From a virus, in IMG/VR virus record IMGVR_UViG_3300045988_106231, positions 70,775 to 134,774 of that record: DNA of 64,000 nucleotides; one strand, 5' to 3'. Position numbers and translations under genes: made by a program. How positions within the stretch are numbered: position 1 is the first letter of the stretch; every line of letters starts with the position of its first letter. The notes under the pieces were generated by a model, which searched no databases, had not been told where the DNA came from, and worked only from the letters and a program-made list of their open reading frames with translations. Shown here piece by piece: positions 54,855 to 62,833 of this stretch.

Positions 54855-55179
54855 ACTTCTGGTTGATGAAATCGACAATGAGAATATCAAGTCTATCGAA
54901 GACGATATTCGTATAGAGCTTTCTAATTGTTACCACAATATCGAAATCTCGTCTTACAAAGAGGTTGATTATGACCCACGATGGATTCGAGTAAAAGACA
55001 GAGAGCCGGTTGTCAGCAACAAACTCCGCTCCGAAAATGTCTATATCCGATATGGTAACGACGGTCCAGTAGAGATTGCCTTTATGGCATGGAATACTCA
55101 GTGGTATGACTTAAATTGTGATGTAATCGACAAGCCAGACTTCTGGCGATATATAACCGAGGATGAGAAGCAGGAATAA
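54832..55179 (+). CDS. hypothetical protein
   Basis: ATG 54832 after GGAGGA; track start 54709 overlaps upstream genes. Confidence 0.45.
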   Translation, partial: TMKKVTLELLVDEIDNENIKSIEDDIRIELSNCYHNIEISSYKEVDYDPRWIRVKDREPVVSNKLRSENVYIRYGNDGPVEIAFMAWNTQWYDLNCDVIDKPDFWRYITEDEKQE

Positions 55180-55215
55180 CAAAATAGAATTCCGCATTTA
55201 TTAGAAAGGAAAAGT

Positions 55216-55524
55216 ATGTTTAAGACTTTCAAAAATACTGCCGTATGCGTACTTCTAGCAGCTATTATACTGACTGGATGCAGTACAAGCGTGAAAGACT
55301 CAGTAGGAAATGTAGCTGTAGAGAATGGATGGTTCTATCGTATCAGTGATACCCCTATGGTATACGACAAGGATACACACGTCATGTATTATTTGTTCAA
55401 AAAAAGTGCAGGTAATCAAGGCTACGGATATATGTCTCCTTATTATAATGAGCACGGTCAGATGTGCTACTACGTTGATGGCCAGATTATTCCTGTAGAG
55501 GAGGTGGTAATTGATGTTAACTGA
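55216..55524 (+). CDS. predicted lipoprotein
   Basis: Signal peptide plus lipobox LTGCS. Confidence 0.6.
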   Translation: MFKTFKNTAVCVLLAAIILTGCSTSVKDSVGNVAVENGWFYRISDTPMVYDKDTHVMYYLFKKSAGNQGYGYMSPYYNEHGQMCYYVDGQIIPVEEVVIDVN

Positions 55525-55720
55525 GATTGCTTGGCTTCTTGTTGAATCGTATTTTATTTTAATTCTTACAGCAGCAATTATCCGCTCTGAAGAAATTCTA
55601 TACGATTTCTTATGTAGTACTGTAATGCATGACATCAAACTTAAATATGTAAAGTGGACTGTCGTTGCACTGAATGTTCTTATTATCGTATGTGTGAGTC
55701 TATGGACAAAGGTGATTTAA
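55511..55720 (+). CDS. small two-TM membrane protein
   Basis: Hydrophobic segments; overlaps lipoprotein stop. Confidence 0.5.
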   Translation: MMLTEIAWLLVESYFILILTAAIIRSEEILYDFLCSTVMHDIKLKYVKWTVVALNVLIIVCVSLWTKVI

Positions 55721-55721
55721 A

Positions 55722-56159
55722 ATGGATACTAGCTTTAATTTAAAGCACGTTCCCGGAAGCTTTGCATGGATTATTGAGCGAGAAAATGCTGATAAAAATT
55801 GTAATAAATGTGATGCTGACGGAAATGTGAACATAACATTCATTGATGGCACTCAGAAGAAATATCGTTGTCCTATCTGCCTTGGATATAAAAAGATCGT
55901 GAAAGACGTATATCGAATCAAAAAATGTAAAGTCAAGAGAGTGAATATCGGTGCAAGACTTGAAAAAGATGACGATTTGATAATAGCGGAAGAGTCTATT
56001 CAATTAGAAGGATTTGATATTAGCGACAACATCGATCCTGATTTTGAGTATTACATTCGTAATATCTATGATACAGAAAGTGATGCGAAAGCTGCCGCAA
56101 ATAAAATCAATAAAGCACGAGGGAACATTGATGAATTATATGAAGATTGTACCATGTGA
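55722..56159 (+). CDS. hypothetical protein with CxxC...CPIC zinc-binding pattern
   Basis: 145 aa. Confidence 0.5.
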   Translation: MDTSFNLKHVPGSFAWIIERENADKNCNKCDADGNVNITFIDGTQKKYRCPICLGYKKIVKDVYRIKKCKVKRVNIGARLEKDDDLIIAEESIQLEGFDISDNIDPDFEYYIRNIYDTESDAKAAANKINKARGNIDELYEDCTM

Positions 56160-56658
56160 TATAGCAAATGGTCCGGGCGTAAGAGTCACGTTATTCTGCG
56201 CGGGATGTAACCATCACTGTACCGGCTGTCAGAATCCTACCACATGGGACCCGAATGGTGGTCAGCTATTTACCGAAGAAACGCTTGATAAAATTGTAGA
56301 TTTACTTCGACCTGATTATATTCAGGGGCTTACGCTTACTGGTGGAGACCCACTGCTGCCGGAAAATAGAGAGGTTGTTGAGAAGATCGCCCATCGTGTA
56401 TGGACTGAATTTTTGAGCAAAAAAGACGTCTGGCTCTGGACTGGATATAAGTGGGAAGAGTTATGGAACCAAGATGGACTTGTGGCTGACATTCTTGCGG
56501 ATATAAATGTCCTTGTAGATGGTCCTTTTATTGAAGCAGAAAAAGATATTTCACTTCCATACATGGGAAGCAAGAACCAACGAGTAATTGATATTAAATG
56601 GAGTCTTGGGTATAAAGAACCAACCCTTTGGTGGGCTCCAGAAGAGAAAGGAAAATAA
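56131..56658 (+). CDS. nrdG: anaerobic ribonucleotide reductase activating protein NrdG (radical SAM)
   Basis: CAGCNHHCTGC = Cx3Cx2C radical-SAM cluster near N-terminus; ~175 aa. Confidence 0.75.
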   Translation: MNYMKIVPCDIANGPGVRVTLFCAGCNHHCTGCQNPTTWDPNGGQLFTEETLDKIVDLLRPDYIQGLTLTGGDPLLPENREVVEKIAHRVWTEFLSKKDVWLWTGYKWEELWNQDGLVADILADINVLVDGPFIEAEKDISLPYMGSKNQRVIDIKWSLGYKEPTLWWAPEEKGK

Positions 56659-56659
56659 T

Positions 56660-57193
56660 ATGGATTTAGGAAATACAACTACTAACCTTGGCCATGGCAT
56701 GAGTCGGATGCCGTATCGCCCCAACATTAAGATCAATAAACTGCACGATGATGCTCAGTTGCCGACCTACGGCTCTAAAAATGCTGCTTGTGCAGACCTG
56801 TATGCCTATATCGGTTTTGATGACGCAACAATGGTAAACAAGAACGGTGACCGTTGCATTATGATTCAGCCGGGTGAGACAGTTAAGGTTCATACTGGTC
56901 TGCGGATGGCTCCGCCGGAAGGTTGGTATGTCGCTATCTATGCTCGCAGCGGTTTAGCAACTAAGCTGGGACTTGCTCCTGCGAACAAAACTGGCATTTG
57001 CGATCAAGATTACCGTGGAGAGTATATCGTGGCACTACATAATCATTCTAATATCCCTCAAATGATCACTCATGGCGACCGTATTGCTCAGATGGCAGCT
57101 GTTCCATTCTGGCAGGCTAATTTTGAAGAAGTTTCCGAATTGGACGAAACTGAGCGTGGCGGCGGTGGCTTTGGATCTACTGGGGTGAAGTAA
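56660..57193 (+). CDS. dut: dUTP diphosphatase (trimeric dUTPase)
   Basis: dUTPase motifs present: AACADLYA, ARSGLATK, GICDQDYRGE, RIAQM, RGGGGFGSTG. Confidence 0.85.
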   Translation: MDLGNTTTNLGHGMSRMPYRPNIKINKLHDDAQLPTYGSKNAACADLYAYIGFDDATMVNKNGDRCIMIQPGETVKVHTGLRMAPPEGWYVAIYARSGLATKLGLAPANKTGICDQDYRGEYIVALHNHSNIPQMITHGDRIAQMAAVPFWQANFEEVSELDETERGGGGFGSTGVK

Positions 57194-57205
57194 TAGAGAG
57201 TGTAT

Positions 57206-57529
57206 ATGAAGTATTATACTATTGAATCTCATTACGAGAAAGAAGCTCCATTTGGAATTGCATGGCAAGTAAAGCTATTTGACGGGCATACGCTTTTGGA
57301 AGAGTACGACCACATCTTCTATAACGAGATTGCTGGCTACTGCAAGTGTCTTGAGGATATGGGGTTTGTTGAAAATGTTGAAGTGAAACTGGACATCAAA
57401 AACGAATTGAAGAAGCTACAGAATTTCCAGAAGAGTATCGATGAGATCACGGCGAAGGCCGCGATGCTGGAAAATCCTGCAAAAAGTGTAGAAACACCTT
57501 CAATTAGAACGAAATATTTATTCTGGTAA
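57206..57529 (+). CDS. hypothetical protein
   Basis: 109 aa. Confidence 0.45.
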   Translation: MKYYTIESHYEKEAPFGIAWQVKLFDGHTLLEEYDHIFYNEIAGYCKCLEDMGFVENVEVKLDIKNELKKLQNFQKSIDEITAKAAMLENPAKSVETPSIRTKYLFW

Positions 57530-57558
57530 AAGGTAAATTTTACGGAGGAAGTGATTCT

Positions 57559-57891
57559 ATGGCATACGCAGGCAAAAATGGATACGATGAAGACACGGAT
57601 ATTTTATTTCCGATAGCTACTAATATTATTGGATGGGTAGGTAAAGCAGATAGAGAAGAGATTCTTGATCTCAGTTTTGAACGAATTTCCCTTTATCAAG
57701 TAGGGAAGATCCTTGAAAAACTTGGCTATCAGAATATTGATATGAGCGAAAACGAATGGGAAATGGATTACTGGTGGGAGTACGAACTTGCCAATAACAC
57801 CAATGATATTCCAAGCCTTCCTTGTCGAGTTCAAATTAAAGGAAGTTGCGCAGAGGGCACAATGATGCTTAATGCTTTAGATAACGAATAA
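57559..57891 (+). CDS. hypothetical protein
   Basis: ACGGAGGAAG RBS. Confidence 0.5.
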   Translation: MAYAGKNGYDEDTDILFPIATNIIGWVGKADREEILDLSFERISLYQVGKILEKLGYQNIDMSENEWEMDYWWEYELANNTNDIPSLPCRVQIKGSCAEGTMMLNALDNE

Positions 57892-57927
57892 CTCTAATAG
57901 TAGTGGTGGGTGGGAGGAATAAACAAT

Positions 57928-58395
57928 ATGAAAGCACATATTCGAGAAGAAAAGAAAACAACTCCATTAAAACTTGGTGAGGGAATATTACTTCAAGAGA
58001 AAGACGGCAAAATGTATAAGATCTGCGACACGGCAGAATATGACGAGACGCATACAGATGATGAAGTTATCAAGTTCGCTCTGTCTGAAGAAAACTTACT
58101 CTCGGAAAGAGAATTGTGGTTCATCTACGGAGCTAATAACGTGTATGTAAATCGAGACGTAAATATGCATAAGACTGATAGTTTGAAAAATCCAGTAATC
58201 ATATTTCCGTGCAAGAACTGCGGTTGTACAACTAAGATTCGAGTGGCTTCTTTTGAAAATCCTGATTTGGACATTCCTGAGAATAATGTGATTGCGTGCT
58301 ATAGGTGTAGAGCGGAAGTTGCTGGATCTGAGTTTATTTCTTGGAAAGAGGCAACTAAAACTATTTTTACTGTGGAGGTGTCAGATGGCTGTTAA
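57928..58395 (+). CDS. hypothetical Cys-containing protein
   Basis: GGGAGGAAT RBS then ATG 57928. Confidence 0.5.
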   Translation: MKAHIREEKKTTPLKLGEGILLQEKDGKMYKICDTAEYDETHTDDEVIKFALSEENLLSERELWFIYGANNVYVNRDVNMHKTDSLKNPVIIFPCKNCGCTTKIRVASFENPDLDIPENNVIACYRCRAEVAGSEFISWKEATKTIFTVEVSDGC

Positions 58396-58717
58396 GATTG
58401 TCAAGCACGGCCATGAGCCAGAATCTCAGAAATTTGCTATCGAGTTTAAATGTCCTTATTGTTATTGTGATTTTTATGCCGACGACACATTTGATTCAAT
58501 CTACAAAGACTATTATACCACAGCTGCTAATTTCGAGTTGCGATACACTTGCCCTGAATGTGGAGAAACCGCTAAACAAATCGATATTGCAGATTACAAT
58601 GAGGTATTCGGTAAACCAACATTTTTTGAGTGGCTAAGAGCTATTTTTGAGACACCATTCGGTAGGTATTATAGGATTCAAAAAATCTTGAAGAGTCTGA
58701 GCGAAGGAGAAGAATAA
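58385..58717 (+). CDS. zinc-ribbon protein, paralog family 3
   Basis: MAVKIVKHGHEP...KCPYCYCDFYADD...CPECG parallels the next ORF; GGAGGTG RBS. Confidence 0.55.
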   Translation: MAVKIVKHGHEPESQKFAIEFKCPYCYCDFYADDTFDSIYKDYYTTAANFELRYTCPECGETAKQIDIADYNEVFGKPTFFEWLRAIFETPFGRYYRIQKILKSLSEGEE

Positions 58718-58947
58718 TGGCGATTAAAATCATTCAACATAAAAAGAAGTCTGTAAGATTCGCTCTGCACTTCAAATGCTGCTGTGGATGCGAGTTCTGG
58801 GCAGACGATAAAGAGGTTTTCGATTATTGCATGGGAAATGATATCGTATCACAACATCTTTGTTGGAATGCGTATTGCCCGGAGTGTAAACGACTCGTCC
58901 AAAGTGGAGAAAGTCCTGTGCCGAGAGAAAAGATTTTTGATGATTAA
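58717..58947 (+). CDS. zinc-ribbon protein, paralog family 3
   Basis: MAIKIIQHKKKS...KCCCGCEFWADD...CPECK. Confidence 0.55.
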   Translation: MAIKIIQHKKKSVRFALHFKCCCGCEFWADDKEVFDYCMGNDIVSQHLCWNAYCPECKRLVQSGESPVPREKIFDD

Positions 58948-58976
58948 AATGTATGTTTTAAAGTGTGGTGAACGTA

Positions 58977-59375
58977 ATGGAAGTTTGGGAACTAAATCTT
59001 CTGCATTATGGGTATATAGAACGAATATGTATGTGCTCTGATGAACAACCATTATTCGAAATGGCAGTCGATAGGGCATTTGATTTATTTGCAAAAATAA
59101 ATGAGTGGCCTCTCAAACAAGAAAATTGTCATGCTTCCGTAAGTATAAACGACAAGCTTCATTCTATTTTAGTGAAGATTAGCACACAAGACGATAATAC
59201 AGTTGAACTCTGGGAGTATAAATGGGAATGTATTTATAAAGAACCTCATGAAGACAAGTCTAGTGACACCTTACTTTATAAAGTTGTTTCTCGTGTACGA
59301 GACATTCCAAAACTATTTTATGATTGGGCAGAGAATTTCTGCTGGAAAGCGAGAAAAAATGGCTATTTGCAGTAA
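58977..59375 (+). CDS. hypothetical protein
   Basis: ATG 58977 (track start 58965 is a GTG). Confidence 0.45.
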   Translation: MEVWELNLLHYGYIERICMCSDEQPLFEMAVDRAFDLFAKINEWPLKQENCHASVSINDKLHSILVKISTQDDNTVELWEYKWECIYKEPHEDKSSDTLLYKVVSRVRDIPKLFYDWAENFCWKARKNGYLQ

Positions 59376-59742
59376 ATGTCTACATAAAGAAGTGTGCGCT
59401 TATAGAAGGCAAATAAGAGATAGTTGCGCAGAATCTTGCGAAAACTTCCTCGGTTGGGTTAAGGTCATGGATGAACGTCCGGTCCTTTTAAAAGACAACG
59501 TTGTAATAAGCGATTACGGTCTGTCGTTTATTGGATATTACGATTACAATAAGAGAGATCGAGAATACTTTTGCGATGCAAACACGCTTGAAAAAATTTA
59601 CGAATGCCCATCTTACTGGTTGAAAGGACTTGAATTGCATGAGCAAGAACGAATCGCAAACAAAGAATATGAACAACGATTGGTGGCTCGCAAAGAAGCG
59701 GAGAGCGTACTTCAAATTGTTTCTAATGCAGACGAGAGTTGA
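59362..59742 (+). CDS. hypothetical Cys-rich protein
   Basis: ATG 59362 within track ORF 59203..59742. Confidence 0.45.
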   Translation, partial: AICSKCLHKEVCAYRRQIRDSCAESCENFLGWVKVMDERPVLLKDNVVISDYGLSFIGYYDYNKRDREYFCDANTLEKIYECPSYWLKGLELHEQERIANKEYEQRLVARKEAESVLQIVSNADES

Positions 59743-59796
59743 CTTTTTTGACGCAATTTGTAGAGTATGTGAGAAAATCGAAGGATGGTGCAAGAG

Positions 59797-60195
59797 ATGA
59801 AAGCTCATATTAGTGATTGTCAATACGGAAAGCCGACCGACGCAAAAGAGAATAAAAGAATGAGTATGAGTCATGGTATGTTTGGATATATTCCTGATCT
59901 CATTGGATTCAATCCATATGAGTGCAGCCCTCTGGATATTCTTATCAAAATGATTCCGTGGCATAATGCAGAGTATGATATGCCAGACTTATTTGGAGTA
60001 TACGGTTACACAACATGTGGTATTGTTGAGGTTTGGAGATGGCTTCATAAGGATTCTATTTCAGACAAAGCAAGAAAAGATGGATGTAAGCCCATTGAGG
60101 AAGCGTCCGAGCTCGAATTATGGAAAATGATCGCGCTTATGTCTATTTTCGATGACAGAATGCGAATCAAAGAACTTATGGAACATAAAAAGTAA
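59797..60195 (+). CDS. hypothetical protein
   Basis: AAGGATGG upstream; start 59785 or 59797. Confidence 0.5.
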   Translation: MKAHISDCQYGKPTDAKENKRMSMSHGMFGYIPDLIGFNPYECSPLDILIKMIPWHNAEYDMPDLFGVYGYTTCGIVEVWRWLHKDSISDKARKDGCKPIEEASELELWKMIALMSIFDDRMRIKELMEHKK

Positions 60196-60268
60196 AATAA
60201 ATAACGTGTTATCGTTACAAAAACAAGTAAAAAATACGGTAAAACTAGACTTTTATGAGGTAGATTGA

Positions 60269-60730
60269 ATGGACGATAGATTTTCAATCGAAAAGAATCA
60301 CTGGGAAATACAAAATCCAGAATGGGAAAGCTATTCTCATTTCATCTGCACTAAAGACCATTATTGGACTGGTGTACACGGTATCAGCAACTATTTTCTT
60401 CAATATAAGAATTTTAGCAGAAGTAAACCAGTCGAACGATTTTCTGTAGAATGGCCGAACTTCGTAGAGCACATGTGGTTTATCCATTGGCGTGGCCCAT
60501 GGGATTATATTTTTGCTTCATATAAATTATCCGAGATCAAACGATTTTTAGAACTTGATATTGAAACCATTAAAAAGAACCATTGGCCGGATGGCCGTTG
60601 CACTTGCTACAGTATTTATGACTACGTGACGAAAAAATGGTACTATTTTAAAATCGAAAATTTGGGAACATTTTATGGATGCACGTGGCCGTTGGGTGAT
60701 GATACGTGGGAGGTAATTAGTTGTGACTAA
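60269..60730 (+). CDS. hypothetical Trp-rich protein
   Basis: GAGGTAG RBS. Confidence 0.5.
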   Translation: MDDRFSIEKNHWEIQNPEWESYSHFICTKDHYWTGVHGISNYFLQYKNFSRSKPVERFSVEWPNFVEHMWFIHWRGPWDYIFASYKLSEIKRFLELDIETIKKNHWPDGRCTCYSIYDYVTKKWYYFKIENLGTFYGCTWPLGDDTWEVISCD

Positions 60731-61211
60731 ACAAATAGGCTATTATAAATCCGACTGGTACATTATGGGCATTGATGGAAAATATAACAATGCCTGTATC
60801 TCGCATACAGAATCGCAGCTTCGATATACAGTTCCAAGGTCGCCAGAATGGACTATCAATGGATTGAGTTTTACTTACCTTAGAGAACATGGATTTGAAG
60901 ATTATCCTGAACTCTATGGTATTGTATTCTATGATATGGAGTGGTGGCGACGAAAACGCTATCCGGGTGACTTTTATGTAGAGATACCAATTTGCGATTT
61001 GTGTGAAGATGCCTTTCATTTAAAATGGCGTTGTAAGGAATTTCGTGTACATCGGTGGTCTAACTTGAGGAAAGAAACAAAGTGGGTGAAAGGTAGAAGT
61101 AACTACACTATTTGTGAGCTCGCCCATAAGTTGCCACACGAAGAATTTATAGAATATCTTAAAGACAACGGCATCTATATTGTAAACGAAGGTGGTGTTG
61201 AACTTGGATGA
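60723..61211 (+). CDS. hypothetical protein (GTG start)
   Basis: GGGAGG RBS. Confidence 0.5.
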   Translation: MTKQIGYYKSDWYIMGIDGKYNNACISHTESQLRYTVPRSPEWTINGLSFTYLREHGFEDYPELYGIVFYDMEWWRRKRYPGDFYVEIPICDLCEDAFHLKWRCKEFRVHRWSNLRKETKWVKGRSNYTICELAHKLPHEEFIEYLKDNGIYIVNEGGVELG

Positions 61212-61650
61212 TAAAATTTGTTTTGTGAACTACCGACCATACCTTACAATAGTAGATTATGGAGATTGGACTCCAAGATGGAAAATCGCATATTGGATTG
61301 ATATAGATGGATTTAAGCCTGGATTTAGAATCTCAAGGAACTTCATTCATCCATATCTAAATAACGTCACGCGCCCATGTTTAAACGTAGTAGCCTATGT
61401 CGATATGTGTGATCCATTCGTTAAAACACTTTTGTTGAGTTGTATGACAACAGATAAGTCAAATCTAATTCCGGGTGATTTATATCTTGTGTGGAGATGC
61501 CCCGGTAATTTTTCATGGCCGGACTGCGAGCCACATTTTACATTAAGAAAGTTCAATCAGAAATATTTATTCAAAGATGGCGACGTGAAATGTTGGGTGA
61601 ACATGAAAAATATCGATTGGAGCAAACAATGGCTCCTTCATCGTATTTGA
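61192..61650 (+). CDS. hypothetical protein (GTG/TTG start)
   Basis: 152 aa. Confidence 0.45.
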   Translation: MVLNLDDKICFVNYRPYLTIVDYGDWTPRWKIAYWIDIDGFKPGFRISRNFIHPYLNNVTRPCLNVVAYVDMCDPFVKTLLLSCMTTDKSNLIPGDLYLVWRCPGNFSWPDCEPHFTLRKFNQKYLFKDGDVKCWVNMKNIDWSKQWLLHRI

Positions 61651-61741
61651 GGTAATAAATGAGTAAAAATAATAGCGATAATGCGTTAAATATAAGCGAC
61701 AAATTTACAGTAGAATTAGGGTTTTATAAAGGAGGTTCACA

Positions 61742-62569
61742 ATGATTATTGACTGTAAATCCATCGCGCAAGATATCAAAAATAAAATCAAGAATATTAT
61801 CGCAGAAGCCGACTACGCTCCTGTTTTACTTATTTATCAAATAGGGGACAACCCTGCATCTAATGCTTATATTCGCGGCAAGCTGCGAGATTGTGAAGAG
61901 GTTAAAATTAAAGCAAAATATATCAAGTTGCCAGAGAAAACGACTGAAGATGAATTAAATAAAATGATATTGCAGAATCGTATTTATGAAGAAGCAGATG
62001 GCGTCATTGTTCAGTTGCCACTACCCAAACATATCAATCCTAAGAATATCATTATTCCAGACGAACTTGACGTTGATGGTTTTAATTTTACATCACCATT
62101 TCAGCCTTGCACTCCGCTTGGCGTTATGAAGATTTTCGACTCCATCGGTTACGATCTGGATGGCAAGAATGTACTCGTAAGCGGTCAATCTGATATTGTT
62201 GGTCGTCCGCTGGTTGATATGCTGATTAAGCGGCACTGTAATGTGATTTCTGTAAATAGCACGGGTTCCGCTATGAAGGACACTGCTCTCGAATTTAGAA
62301 TGGTTAATGTCATCATCTCTGCTGTTGGTAAGCGTAATTTTATCACACCAAGAGGACTAGATCGAGTTGATGTCTGCATTGATGTTGGTATCAACTATGA
62401 CGAGAATGGCAAGCAGCACGGCGACTGCTCCGACGCTGTTTATGACATCGAAGATATCAAGGTGACCCCTCGTATCGGCGGAGTTGGCCTCATGACCCGT
62501 GCCATGCTACTTTATAATGTATGTGTGGCGAAATATGGCGAGCACAAGCTGGAGGAGGTGATTGAATGA
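61742..62569 (+). CDS. folD: bifunctional methylenetetrahydrofolate dehydrogenase/cyclohydrolase FolD
   Basis: FolD-like blocks: LLIYQIGDNPASNAYIRGK, DGVIVQLPLP, GKNVLVSGQSDIVGRPL, PRIGGVGLMTRAMLL; AAAGGAGG RBS. Confidence 0.8.
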   Translation: MIIDCKSIAQDIKNKIKNIIAEADYAPVLLIYQIGDNPASNAYIRGKLRDCEEVKIKAKYIKLPEKTTEDELNKMILQNRIYEEADGVIVQLPLPKHINPKNIIIPDELDVDGFNFTSPFQPCTPLGVMKIFDSIGYDLDGKNVLVSGQSDIVGRPLVDMLIKRHCNVISVNSTGSAMKDTALEFRMVNVIISAVGKRNFITPRGLDRVDVCIDVGINYDENGKQHGDCSDAVYDIEDIKVTPRIGGVGLMTRAMLLYNVCVAKYGEHKLEEVIE

Positions 62570-62760
62570 AGGAAGTCCCAATTTGGGAAAAGACGACCCT
62601 GACGTTAAATGAAGCGGCTGCTTACACGGGGATTGGGGTCTGCAGACTAAGAGCGATTACTGATGATGAAAACTGTCCATTGGTACTTTGGGTGGGGAAT
62701 AAACGTCTTATCAAACGTAAGGCTCTCGAAAAATATATAGATCAAACGTATTCTGTTTGA
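62566..62760 (+). CDS. xis: excisionase, Tn916 Xis-like (HTH DNA-binding)
   Basis: MKEVPIWEKTTLTLNEAAAYTGIG...NKRLIKRKALEKYID closely parallels Xis-Tn916 (..[21 protein letters not shown]...NRIQIKRKQFEKIID); 4-nt overlap with folD. Confidence 0.7.
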   Translation: MKEVPIWEKTTLTLNEAAAYTGIGVCRLRAITDDENCPLVLWVGNKRLIKRKALEKYIDQTYSV

Positions 62761-62833
62761 AATATAGGCTCTGATGTGGTATACTCATGGTGTCACACCA
62801 GAGCTTCTTATATAACGTAAGGAGTTCCGCATC

